A DNA stretch of 64,000 nt from Meyerozyma guilliermondii (taxonomy: Eukaryota). The stretch is from the NCBI GenBank assembly GCA_051546255.1, contig CP128816.1, positions 1,178,001-1,242,000 of the forward strand. Direction: 5' to 3'. The notes under the pieces are model-generated. The model was given only the letters and a program-made list of their open reading frames with translations, did no database searches and had not been told where the DNA came from. Positions 11,114-21,025 of this stretch are shown in pieces (the first letter of the stretch is position 1; each line of letters begins with the position of its first letter). Both the position numbers and the translations under genes were made by a program.

Positions 11114-11761
11114 ATGCGCGGGCACCTTATATTGATCGAGGGCCTAGATAGGTCTGGAAAGACGACGCAAACTCAGATTCTTCACAATGCGATACCGTCT
11201 TCATCGCTCATCAAGTTTCCCGACCGGTCGACAAACATCGGCACAATAATTAACCAGTACTTGACGGACCATAATTTTTCACTTTCTGACCAAGCGGCCC
11301 ATCTCCTCTTCAGTGCTAATCGATGGGAGCTAGCGGCGTCAATTGAGGACCAATTGCAAGCGGGCCACACCGTAATCATGGATCGGTACATATACTCGGG
11401 CATAGCGTACTCTCTTGCCAAGCTGGAAACGTCGTCACTGCCCGAAATGGCCAGTGTGGAGTGGTTATACGCGCCAGATCGGGGCTTGCCCAAACCAGAC
11501 GTGACGATATTTTTGACCCTTGATATAGCGGAAATGGCGGCTCGAAAAAGTTGGGGAGAAGAACGGTACGAGCAAACTAAATTTCAAGAGGTGGTGAAAC
11601 GGTGCTTTCTCAAGGTCTTGGATCCGCACGCAGACCCCTCGGTGGTCATTGTCGACGTCAACAAGTTGGGTATAGACGAAGTTGCTCTGAAAATTTGGAC
11701 TGTTGTCGAGGAGCGCCAGCTTCATCAGCAGACTGAGGTGCCGTTGGCTCGGCTCTCGTAA
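11114..11761 (+). CDS. CDC8: Thymidylate kinase
   Basis: RGHLILIEGLDRSGKTTQ P-loop, LLFSANRWE, DRYIYSG. Confidence 0.95.
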   Translation: MRGHLILIEGLDRSGKTTQTQILHNAIPSSSLIKFPDRSTNIGTIINQYLTDHNFSLSDQAAHLLFSANRWELAASIEDQLQAGHTVIMDRYIYSGIAYSLAKLETSSLPEMASVEWLYAPDRGLPKPDVTIFLTLDIAEMAARKSWGEERYEQTKFQEVVKRCFLKVLDPHADPSVVIVDVNKLGIDEVALKIWTVVEERQLHQQTEVPLARLS

Positions 11762-11762
11762 A

Positions 11763-12200
11763 TTAAGCAAGACCATCAATATATTGCAACCGATCCAAAA
11801 TCCGCTGCTTCAGGATCTCCTGGATCTCGCCGCCCAAATAGATCTCATCTAGAATAGTGTAAAGTTTGTGGAAATTGAACACCAAATCAAGTTCGCAAAC
11901 ACTGTCGAAATAAGTATCCAATATTTCCACCATAAAGTGTAGCGATTCAAGGTAACTCAACTCGCTGTCGTCGAGGTCGATTCCAGCAACAAAGTAGAGT
12001 CCAGCATACCTTCTATAAACAAGTTTGATGTTTTGGAACTCAACAAAGTTGGACTGGTGCCGCAGATCCCGTGTCGATATAAGCCTATGAACCTCGGAAA
12101 CTATTCTTTGCTTGTCTTGGTTGTGGTATCTACAGTCGAACCACTTGATAAGTCTGGACTTCCCTTGGCGATTTAACACCACTATGAACCGAATTGACAT
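11763..12200 (-). CDS. APS2: AP-2 adaptor complex sigma subunit
   Basis: HQSNFVEF, LVYRRYAGLYF, VCELDLVFNF, GGEIQEI(S)K. Confidence 0.88.
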   Translation of the reverse strand: MSIRFIVVLNRQGKSRLIKWFDCRYHNQDKQRIVSEVHRLISTRDLRHQSNFVEFQNIKLVYRRYAGLYFVAGIDLDDSELSYLESLHFMVEILDTYFDSVCELDLVFNFHKLYTILDEIYLGGEIQEILKQRILDRLQYIDGLA

Positions 12201-12298
12201 TGAAAAGAGTGCGATTCGCAGTCGATAAAGTCGCGGAGTCGCATTCATTTCGCATTCATTTCGAATTCGCAATCGTTACTATCTAGAAAGTAGACGTC

Positions 12299-14437
12299 AT
12301 GAACGACGAAGAAGACTACACCGCACAATATGAGATCCGCGAAGGGATAATCTTTCTCATTGAGCTTTCCCCAGCGATATTTCGTCCATTAGTAGAACTT
12401 GGTGGTCGGTCTCAATTTTTGGAAATACTCTCCAGCATCAACGATTTAATGTCTGAGCTTTTAATCACGGTTCCAAGCACCGGAGTTGGTATCTACTTGT
12501 ACAATTGCAGTGTTACCGGCCGCAAGTTTCCCCGAGATTCAGGAATGGAACGTATTTTTACATTGAATGATATCAACTCCACCAATATGAAAAACTTGAA
12601 CGACATGATTCAGGACCATATTGATAATGTAAAGATATTGGATGAGCGATTTCCTCCAGCTGAGGGAAGTCTAAAACTCTCTTCAGTTCTAAACACTATT
12701 TTGGACGAGTTCCATGGAAGGTCTCATTATAATGTCAAACGAATGGTATGGATAAGCAATAATGACAAGCCGTTCAATGATGATGGATCACCAGAGGGCG
12801 AGAAAATCAAACAAAATTTGTGGAAAATGATCAACAACTACGAAGAGTACAAGATAAATATTAGCCCCATATTCATGGACCCTCCTAGCGACACCGAACC
12901 AAAGCCATTTGATATCTCGATCTACCAACAAATCTTCCTCAACACAAACTACCTCAACCGCCAAAAACAATCAAGAGAAACCGAAACTTACTACGACACA
13001 TTTTTCGATGGTCTTTCTGAAGAAGCAAATCAGACTACTGTAGCTTCGCAAATACGAAGTGCCATTTTGAGACTCAAGGAAATCAAACGTATATTATTTT
13101 CATGCGACTTGATTCTTGGTGATAGTAATACTGATATTGCCGGAAGACTTGCTTGCTCAATTAAGGGCTATGCACTATATGGACATGAAAAACTAAAGAA
13201 ATTCAAGCATTTACATCATGAGGGAGAGAATTTACGAGTGGTTCAACTTGACTCCAAAACGGTGGATGATGCAACTGGACAGGAAATTCAGTATAATGAT
13301 GATAAGCCTACCTTAGCAGAAAAGCAAGATGAGGCAGGGGTTAGAAGAGGTTTTGATATCGGCGATAGTGAAGTCCTTTTCTTGAATTCGAAACAACTCG
13401 ATTTCTTAAAGAATTATACCTTTGATCATGATCCTGAAAATCATGAAGTAGTTACCAAAGATATTGGTGATATGGCTGGGGAGGAGGAGAAAGAGTCAGC
13501 ACCCACCTACTCGTCTCCACCTTACCTAAAGTTGCTAGGATTCAGGGCAACTGAAAACTTTGAACCATACTACACCTCATCTGCCCCAGCACTTGTAATG
13601 CCAGACTTTGACAATGGGTTAAAAGCTGCCTCATCCAAGGGTGGGTTCAGCAACTCCTATTTAACTCTCGCCTCGCTTTATCGTTCTTGTGTTAAGCTAG
13701 GCCAGTTTGCTGTTGTATTTGGTTGTATAAAACGCAATTCGCTGCCTTCGTTATTTGCTCTTTATCCAACAGGAATTTCAATGTCAAAAAGAAGTATTCC
13801 ACACGATAAAGATTTCCCAGAGGGCTTTCTACTTGCTCGTATGCCATGGCTCGATGACATACGGCTGTTGCCTGACTACTTATTGAACGATTCCACATTT
13901 CATCACGAAAAAGAAGAACTGTCCATCCCGCCAGAACTTGTAACAAAGTTCAAAAATGTCGTTGGGCTGTTTTATTTGAACCACTATAATCCAGGAGAGT
14001 TTGCCAATCCCTCAGTCAATTACTTCTACAAAGTCATTAAACACGAGCTTCTTCAAATTGCTTTAAGCGACGAATCTCGCTCTCCGCTCAACAACGATCA
14101 AACCTTACTGAGACTAGATGATTTACGGGAAGCTATTCAGCTGACACCCAAACTTTTGAATGTTATTAGTGAACTAAGACAACATTTACTCAACTTAGGA
14201 CCTGTATCAAGGAAAAGAACTAGTCAAGAACCCCATAATGCTGCAAACAAAGCACAGAGACCTGCTCTTACAGAAGAGTCTGTGCTCACTGCGTGGAAAA
14301 CTAACGATTGGACCAATTTCAATGTTCCTCAGCTTCGCGAATTCGCAAAGAAATATCCGGGTCAAATAAAGTCCGGTACCAAGCGTCAAGACATCATCGA
14401 TAATATTTCCGAGTTTATAGCTAGTAAAAGTAAGTGA
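12299..14437 (+). CDS. YKU70: Ku70 subunit
   Basis: EGIIFLIELS vWA start, LKLLGFR, EGFLLARMPWLDDIR, FANPS, C-terminal SAP-like motif. Confidence 0.85.
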   Translation: MNDEEDYTAQYEIREGIIFLIELSPAIFRPLVELGGRSQFLEILSSINDLMSELLITVPSTGVGIYLYNCSVTGRKFPRDSGMERIFTLNDINSTNMKNLNDMIQDHIDNVKILDERFPPAEGSLKLSSVLNTILDEFHGRSHYNVKRMVWISNNDKPFNDDGSPEGEKIKQNLWKMINNYEEYKINISPIFMDPPSDTEPKPFDISIYQQIFLNTNYLNRQKQSRETETYYDTFFDGLSEEANQTTVASQIRSAILRLKEIKRILFSCDLILGDSNTDIAGRLACSIKGYALYGHEKLKKFKHLHHEGENLRVVQLDSKTVDDATGQEIQYNDDKPTLAEKQDEAGVRRGFDIGDSEVLFLNSKQLDFLKNYTFDHDPENHEVVTKDIGDMAGEEEKESAPTYSSPPYLKLLGFRATENFEPYYTSSAPALVMPDFDNGLKAASSKGGFSNSYLTLASLYRSCVKLGQFAVVFGCIKRNSLPSLFALYPTGISMSKRSIPHDKDFPEGFLLARMPWLDDIRLLPDYLLNDSTFHHEKEELSIPPELVTKFKNVVGLFYLNHYNPGEFANPSVNYFYKVIKHELLQIALSDESRSPLNNDQTLLRLDDLREAIQLTPKLLNVISELRQHLLNLGPVSRKRTSQEPHNAANKAQRPALTEESVLTAWKTNDWTNFNVPQLREFAKKYPGQIKSGTKRQDIIDNISEFIASKSK

Positions 14438-14496
14438 TACGGCTATACTACTGTTGTACTTTATAGGCGCTAATATTGGCTTCCTCACCTAAAAAT

Positions 14497-14588
14497 GTCC
14501 CAGTGGCCGAGTGGTTAAGGCGACGCCCTGCTATCAGCAGTTTAGGCGTTGGGTTTTACCTGCGCAGGTTCGAATCCTGTCTGTGACG
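14497..14588 (+). tRNA. tRNA-Ser(GCT) with a 10-nt intron (14534-14543)
   Basis: A-box TGGCCGAGTGG, anticodon stem ACGCC/GGCGT around CT-GCT-A, long variable arm, B-box GGTTCGAATCC, T-run terminator at about 14592-14599. Confidence 0.95.
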
Positions 14589-14649
14589 TGATTTTTTTTC
14601 TCGAAAGACAAATTGAATTAAGAAAAAAAATGATATGATTTATATGTAT

Positions 14650-16803
14650 TTAATCATCAAGAGCCTCTAACTTGTACATATGAACTTCCACAAGAAAATT
14701 GTATCTTGCCTGCAATTTCTCACTGATTGGTATAATGAGGCCCCGTTCTTGTATGTTAGGACTCCCCACAATGTCGTATGCACACCACAACGGATGGTCA
14801 TTATCATGTCCAAAATTGCTTTGCTTGTACCATGATTGGCGTGGTTCTCTATAATCTTCCTCAATGATCGGTTTCAATAGATCAATGGGTCTAAAAATTT
14901 CCTCCATGAATAGAGGATTTCGATCTAACTTTTCAACAGTATTGGTGTTCTCTTCTTCCACTTCAACTCGAGTACCATCTTCCTGCTCTTTCAAAACCTT
15001 CTCTTTACTGGTGTATTTCAGTGCAATGTCTTGCCTGAACGTAATTCTGCCCAGATAATAATTTTCAAGTTGGTGGCTAGTCACATACATGAGCTGTGAT
15101 TCATCTTGTGGATCCAATTGAGCCCAAGAAGAAGAACACATTTCGTGGCTTGCTGTGACCAACTTGAAGTCACGATTTTGTAATGGTGTCTGTATTCCAG
15201 CAACCACTGCGGAGGGCTGGTTGAAATTGACTTTTGCATTCGTTCCAGCAATTTCTTGTCCAAGCCAGAAATACTCCGGATTGACTTCTTCTTTCGCAAC
15301 AGGAAAGCGACCATGGAGGAGTGGATATAGCTGAAGATTCGCTGACAAAAGAAGCCCGCTAAGTACTTTCGATTTGTTGATCACCATCACCGTGGGATCT
15401 TGAAGCAGCTGAAAGTCATGGTCGAAAATTCGGGACGATGGTGAGTCACCTGAACGTTCATGAAGGCCAAAAATCTTGCAATCCTCCTTAGAGGGCATCA
15501 AGTATCCCCTAATGAGGCTTGATAATTCACGAAAACCTGGTGGTGATTTTCTTTGTTTAGAGTCATAGTCGGATCTCGACTTGAAGAACCGAAGACCATA
15601 TTTCAAATACTCAGGATCATTGAAAGTTGATTGTATGTCCTGCTTTAATAGTATGAATGAGGAAAGAAGTAGTATGTACTCCTCAAACGAATTGAAGATT
15701 GCGGCCAAAGTTATGGCAAAGGTATGAGTTACGAATAAGGGGGACCTTCGTATGTGAGGATGCTGTTTTTCGTTGAGTATTCCTGACGTATCGACAAACC
15801 ACAAGTCTTGCTTTGGATAATCACGAGAGCTCATAAATTTGACTTCGACGTCTTCTCCGTATTCTGTTTTGTGAAACCATTCATACGAGTATGGAAAACG
15901 CCTGATTTCTGTCCTTGCTGAACTGATCAACAAATTCATCTCATCTTGATTCAAATCCTCTTTTCGATACACAATTTGAATTGGAAGGGTGTTTTTGTTG
16001 GCTCTGAGGACTCTTATGAGACCTTGAATTTCCTCTATTTGCTGTTTTCTGAATTGAGAGGGTAATATCGGAATAACTATTCCCTTACCATTACTCATTT
16101 TCTTCAATCTTTGAATTGCGGTACCACTCTCGTCAAAAACCTTTCTAGCGTCGACCACTGGAACTTTTCCCTCCTCCAAGATTTTACCGTTCCACAGCTT
16201 GAAAGTTGGTAAGGCGTTGTTGATCCATGGGTAAAGTTTCTTCTCAATCAAGTCTCCGCGGTTGCTACCTGAGGTTCTGTCGACGAAGCATCGGTTGTAA
16301 ATGCGCATATGGTTTATCAGACGTATAATCTGCTTCTCATGATTGATAAGCTGCATGCTGTCATCCAAGAACTTTTGTCGAATTATTGCATCATGCTTTG
16401 GCCCCCAGCGCTCTCTCTTACCCTCCTCTTTCATTTGATGACGCAATGCTCTTTCTTGTTCTCTCACCCATCTACTTCGTTTGTATAATGCAATATTGTA
16501 AGTGTGGCTGTGTATAGCCTCCAAGTCGAGTATATCCCCATCGGATGATAATGAAGCTAGCTTGTCGAAATAGGCGATACATGGATCTGCTTCCAGGTTT
16601 TCAAATGCCGACATATCATTATAAATAGGATTATTCACCGACCTTCTCGCTTGAATAATGTCAACATTAAAAAGCCGACGAGCCCTAGGAACGTGGTGGT
16701 GACCCCAGTGCAAGCACAAGAGTACACCTAGAGCCACCACTGCCATGACTAGTAGGCGGTTTTGCCGCCTGGTTGGTCTGAACCACGAGCGATCAAGGCG
16801 CAT
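14650..16803 (-). CDS. Mnn1-family alpha-1,3-mannosyltransferase-like protein (GT71), type II membrane
   Basis: N-terminal TM; GKGIVI, LIRVLRANKNTLPIQIVY, PKQDLWFVD, FNSFEE, C-terminal WCAYD. Confidence 0.8.
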   Translation of the reverse strand: MRLDRSWFRPTRRQNRLLVMAVVALGVLLCLHWGHHHVPRARRLFNVDIIQARRSVNNPIYNDMSAFENLEADPCIAYFDKLASLSSDGDILDLEAIHSHTYNIALYKRSRWVREQERALRHQMKEEGKRERWGPKHDAIIRQKFLDDSMQLINHEKQIIRLINHMRIYNRCFVDRTSGSNRGDLIEKKLYPWINNALPTFKLWNGKILEEGKVPVVDARKVFDESGTAIQRLKKMSNGKGIVIPILPSQFRKQQIEEIQGLIRVLRANKNTLPIQIVYRKEDLNQDEMNLLISSARTEIRRFPYSYEWFHKTEYGEDVEVKFMSSRDYPKQDLWFVDTSGILNEKQHPHIRRSPLFVTHTFAITLAAIFNSFEEYILLLSSFILLKQDIQSTFNDPEYLKYGLRFFKSRSDYDSKQRKSPPGFRELSSLIRGYLMPSKEDCKIFGLHERSGDSPSSRIFDHDFQLLQDPTVMVINKSKVLSGLLLSANLQLYPLLHGRFPVAKEEVNPEYFWLGQEIAGTNAKVNFNQPSAVVAGIQTPLQNRDFKLVTASHEMCSSSWAQLDPQDESQLMYVTSHQLENYYLGRITFRQDIALKYTSKEKVLKEQEDGTRVEVEEENTNTVEKLDRNPLFMEEIFRPIDLLKPIIEEDYREPRQSWYKQSNFGHDNDHPLWCAYDIVGSPNIQERGLIIPISEKLQARYNFLVEVHMYKLEALDD

Positions 16804-16980
16804 AATGTGGGGTCGAAAGCTCGAATCAAATTCGTCAACCTTAGGATGCAGGAAATTGCAAGCGTTAAGGACCCTGATGGCATACAAGTGTAATCATCAA
16901 GACTTGTATATCACGTCCAAAACCACCTAATAAACCAGAAACAACACGAAACTACCAAAATTTGAGTTTATTTAGACGAC

Positions 16981-17442
16981 TCAATTGAGATGCGTAGCTC
17001 CGAATACCTGGTCCAATTCATTGATCTGAGACAGACCTATTTCCAGTTTTGATTTAGAAGGTGGCGATGCTACTCTTGGTTGCATTACTTGCGATGACTC
17101 TCCTAGACCGGGTGCCACCTTTGTAGCTTGTTGGTGAACCCACAGTTCGAACTTTGCGGTCTCAGTGCCATCATTATCCTTATCCAAACGTTGATTAAGG
17201 TTGTCGACATCTTGTTTCCACATTTCTATGTCTTGTACGCCCACATTGAGTTTTGGGGGCTTCACAGTCAGGAATAACGTGGGAATCAATTTGGTGTAAT
17301 TGACATTCAACGTGACTGGTTTGGGTGTTTGAAACGCTGGATTCTTTACGAGCGGAATTTGAGCTAGATAACGATTCGCTGTGTTAGTACGAACAAACTT
17401 AAAGCCAAAAGCAAAAGACATACGTTGGTCTGGATCCTCCAT
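16981..17442 (-). CDS. Hypothetical protein (153 aa)
   Basis: ATG-initiated ORF filling the gap between RPB8 and the GT71 gene; family not recognised. Confidence 0.6.
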   Translation of the reverse strand: MEDPDQRMSFAFGFKFVRTNTANRYLAQIPLVKNPAFQTPKPVTLNVNYTKLIPTLFLTVKPPKLNVGVQDIEMWKQDVDNLNQRLDKDNDGTETAKFELWVHQQATKVAPGLGESSQVMQPRVASPPSKSKLEIGLSQINELDQVFGATHLN

Positions 17443-17636
17443 TTTAATTGGCAAAAGTTGCAACAGCAAATTGGCCTTGCGACTTGATTTATATATGGGA
17501 GTGTTACGTAAGGATGCGCTCTATTTGGCAGCCACTTCCTAACTAACCAGAGATATAGTCAGCATTGCGCTTCCGCCAGCAGCAGGTAAATTGCAGCCGT
17601 ATCATTACTTTTCTACAATTCTTCGTGTAATATACA

Positions 17637-18083
17637 TTAGTTGTCACGATAATGACGAATGAGAATATAAGCATTTTCCTGCTTCAAGTTCGATAACGAG
17701 CGGTAGTTACCCTCAAGGCACATCAATAATCCTCCAAATGATATGTATACCGACATTTTATCGCTACCGGCATTTTCCTCAAATTTGTATACGGTACCAT
17801 ACATAACATAATCGTAGTCATCAGCCAAGGATCTCTCGCCGGCTTTGGGTGGTCTCCACGAACCACTGGAGGTAACCTGTGACTGCTCGTTACCCAAGGA
17901 GGATGCGAGTGTGATTGTGAGTGAATCATGGTCCCTCACTGGGAACAACTCACTGTTGATGTCCAAGGTGATTTTTATATCCTGCGAAGTTGAGGACTGT
18001 GCTATTATACGGGAGACCTTGTTGTAACGCGCCGAGTCCACGGACTCGACATTGAACATGTCCTCAAAAAGAATGCCCGACAT
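17637..18083 (-). CDS. RPB8: RNA polymerase I/II/III shared subunit
   Basis: [37 protein letters not shown]. Confidence 0.96.
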   Translation of the reverse strand: MSGILFEDMFNVESVDSARYNKVSRIIAQSSTSQDIKITLDINSELFPVRDHDSLTITLASSLGNEQSQVTSSGSWRPPKAGERSLADDYDYVMYGTVYKFEENAGSDKMSVYISFGGLLMCLEGNYRSLSNLKQENAYILIRHYRDN

Positions 18084-18315
18084 GATTATGAGATGCGGTT
18101 TGCGACTGGTTGATGAGATGGAAATTTTCAATTTGGCTGTTCCTGCAGACTCCGCGCACACTCGCGACACCCGCTGCACCACTGTTCCATGTCTATTTGC
18201 ATTCGATTGATAAACAAAAATTCGCTGCTTATGTCATGCGAACCATTTTCGCAGGCATTGAAATCAACTTAAAGATAGATCAGAGTTTGAGGCTGTGAGG
18301 ATCTCAAAAAGTATC

Positions 18316-18720
18316 ATGGTTTTGTCTGAAAAACGCAACAGTGAGAGTCTGCGCTGGGGCTTTCGTGCGCTATTTATTGTCTTGGTTGTCGTTTTAACCC
18401 AATGTTTTCTCGTTTATGAATTGACTTCTACAAAAAGCTTGCACTCTTTGAGTTTTTTTTCAACTTCCACCGGCACTAATACGGTGCCAGATTTGGCTAC
18501 AGAGTTTCAGCCACAAGATGATACTTCCTCGCAATTCATTCAAGTACAACCCAGAGATAGCAAGTCGTTATTGAACAGTCCTGGAATACGAGTAGTATTG
18601 GTTATTGCTGCCATTATTGTTCTCAACATGGCGGCTATCTGCATACATCATATCTACTTGAAAATTGCTAGGTCTGGTGTCTCTTACAAGAGTATCGAAC
18701 TGAACATCGGACCTTTTTAA
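18316..18720 (+). CDS. Small hypothetical membrane protein (two hydrophobic segments)
   Basis: 134-aa ORF with two TM-like stretches around an S/T-rich loop. Confidence 0.55.
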   Translation: MVLSEKRNSESLRWGFRALFIVLVVVLTQCFLVYELTSTKSLHSLSFFSTSTGTNTVPDLATEFQPQDDTSSQFIQVQPRDSKSLLNSPGIRVVLVIAAIIVLNMAAICIHHIYLKIARSGVSYKSIELNIGPF

Positions 18721-19160
18721 CTTTAATTCTGCTCAAAAAATAAACCACATGTTGATGCTGACAATTTGCTGACACTGTTGACACTTGCTGATTTGTGGCT
18801 TGCTGATTACAAAACAGCTTCCATCTACCAAACTAGTTGAACCATTGCTAATTAATGTCATTTGCTAATTCTTCTCATTTTCTCTCACCAAACTCAATGT
18901 TCATTTTTCATACGTTTCCCATATCTTTCCAACTCAACTCTCAAATATTGTGCTTATGGACCAACTCCAACAGTTGGCTATCTTTCTTTAATCTTCCCGG
19001 TCGTCTTCACCTAATTCAGCTACTCATCCAAACACCGTTTTTTGGCCTGCAGCATCCGCATACACATCTGCCTTATCTACGCGGAAATGACCGAGTTGCC
19101 AATCCCGTACTTTTCTTTGCAAATTTTCACCAACTTGCTGCAACAACAACTAAATATACA

Positions 19161-20771
19161 ATGAAAAGTTACCCTCCACTTTCAAAGCGTTTGCTCCAAG
19201 TCTCATGCGCTATTGTATGGTGTTTACTTGCAGCTGGACCAGTATTTGGTTTTGCAGCTCTCAAACCAATCCTTATTAAAGAAGGAATTTACCATGAAAA
19301 ATGTCCACCTTCGTCTAATAAAGGTTCTGGTGAACCATGTGTGGCACAAGATCTTCTGTTGAACAAGATGTTTACACTTGCGGCTGTTTTCACTAATGTT
19401 GCTGCCCTTCCTGTTGGTTACATTTTGGATGAATATGGACCAAAAATTAGTGGTATCATTGGTTCTGGCTTAATATTTTTGGGTTCTCTTCTACTTCGTC
19501 TTGGGTCGCAAGTTGGTAGCTCCTGGTTTGATCCTTACTTGGTTGGCTACACATTTCTTGCCTTAGGAGGACCGTTCGTGTTTATCTCATGCTTCCAATT
19601 GGCCAACAGTTTCCCCAAAAACTCGGGTCTTATCTTGGCATTGTTAACCGGTGCCTTTGACTCTTCTCTGGCCCTCTTTCTTATCTACCGTTTGATATAC
19701 ACCAATATCCACAAGGTTACTCTCAACCAATTTTTCACCTACTACATGGTGGTGCCTTTGTTCATATTGGGATGTCAGCTTACAATTATGCCCTCGGATT
19801 CTTACAAGACAATGGGTACACTTGCAAAAATCGGCACTACTGGTATCGATGAAACAGGTAGACCCATTGATGAAGACCTACTTAGTGTGGAAGATAGAGA
19901 GACCGATGATGAAATTGTGCATCCTCAACCAACTGTCACTGAATCTACTGCGTTGCTTATGAGAAGAGCTTCGTTTTCTAGAAGAGAATCTACTGTTTCC
20001 AGAGCTTCGTTTGCTTCGAGAAATTCGATCAAATCAGTATACGAACAAGATGCTGAAACCAAGTTGGTTCATTCCACAGGTGGTATTTTTGGTATCATGC
20101 ATGGTTATGACATATCTGATCAGCTCAAATCACCCTGGTTCGTTTTGATGACTCTCTTTACCACCATTCAAATGTTGAGAATCAACTATTTTGTAGCTAC
20201 CATCAAGTCCCAGGAATTGTACTTGTATCACGGTGATGAGGAATTAGCAACCAAAATCAACCATTTCTTCGACTTGGCATTACCATTGGGTGGTTTGGCA
20301 TCAATTCCATTCATTGGAGTTTTATTGGACAATTTCACCACTCTTACCATCTTGTGTATCTTGACAGTGGTGTCGTTGTTCATTGGTGTTATGGGACTAT
20401 TGTCATGGATTCCTGCTACTTACGCCGGTATCCTCATGCTTGTCGTTTACAGGCCATTTTACTACACTTCTGTATCAGACTTTTGCGCTAAAGTGTTTGG
20501 CTTCGAGACGTTTGGAACCGTTTACGGTGCCATTATTTGCTTTTCTGGAATCTGTAATCTCTTGCAGCTGGCGATGGACCATGCTACCCATGAGACGTTT
20601 GGCATGAATCCCACGCCCATCAATGCCATTCTCACTGGGTTGACGGCAGTATTTGGATTGATCTTGATACAGTATGTGCGCTCCAGTGAATTGGCATTAA
20701 GGAGAAATAACTTGGAGCTCGAGGCGCAAAAGGCATCTACCAGAAGTATTCCCACGCAGATTCAAAACTGA
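19161..20771 (+). CDS. FMP42: MFS transporter, Fmp42-like
   Basis: QVSCAIVWCLLAAGPVFGFAALKPIL, QMLRINYF, FGTVYG; start placed at ATG 19161. Confidence 0.85.
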   Translation: MKSYPPLSKRLLQVSCAIVWCLLAAGPVFGFAALKPILIKEGIYHEKCPPSSNKGSGEPCVAQDLLLNKMFTLAAVFTNVAALPVGYILDEYGPKISGIIGSGLIFLGSLLLRLGSQVGSSWFDPYLVGYTFLALGGPFVFISCFQLANSFPKNSGLILALLTGAFDSSLALFLIYRLIYTNIHKVTLNQFFTYYMVVPLFILGCQLTIMPSDSYKTMGTLAKIGTTGIDETGRPIDEDLLSVEDRETDDEIVHPQPTVTESTALLMRRASFSRRESTVSRASFASRNSIKSVYEQDAETKLVHSTGGIFGIMHGYDISDQLKSPWFVLMTLFTTIQMLRINYFVATIKSQELYLYHGDEELATKINHFFDLALPLGGLASIPFIGVLLDNFTTLTILCILTVVSLFIGVMGLLSWIPATYAGILMLVVYRPFYYTSVSDFCAKVFGFETFGTVYGAIICFSGICNLLQLAMDHATHETFGMNPTPINAILTGLTAVFGLILIQYVRSSELALRRNNLELEAQKASTRSIPTQIQN

Positions 20772-20845
20772 GAAACATTACGAGTAAAAAGTGGAAAATT
20801 GGCATGGTTATATACCGCTATTAATATACATTTCGCGCTCATTAA

Positions 20846-21013
20846 TTAGGCTTCTTTTCTTCGTTTCGAACTTGCAGGAGCCGTCTCAAGCCCAGTAAGA
20901 ACTGGAATGCACTTTACCTCCACGGACTCCGGAAGTTTGATTGGCTTCTCTCGCTTAAAAGGCTGATCTCTAACGAGATCACGTTGTGGAAAATCTCCTA
21001 GTAAAGACTCCAT
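20846..21013 (-). CDS. 55-aa small ORF with a DDA1-like N-terminus (unlisted)
   Basis: Manual translation MESLLGDFPQRDLVRDQPFKREKPIKLPESVEVKCIPVLTGLETAPASSKRRKEA*; A at -3 of the ATG. Confidence 0.5.
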   Translation of the reverse strand: MESLLGDFPQRDLVRDQPFKREKPIKLPESVEVKCIPVLTGLETAPASSKRRKEA

Positions 21014-21025
21014 ACTTTCAAATAA

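Noticed and set aside
18855..19160. 102-aa N-terminal extension of FMP42 in the ORF track
   Set aside because: Family similarity begins at ATG 19161, which has a typical A-rich leader
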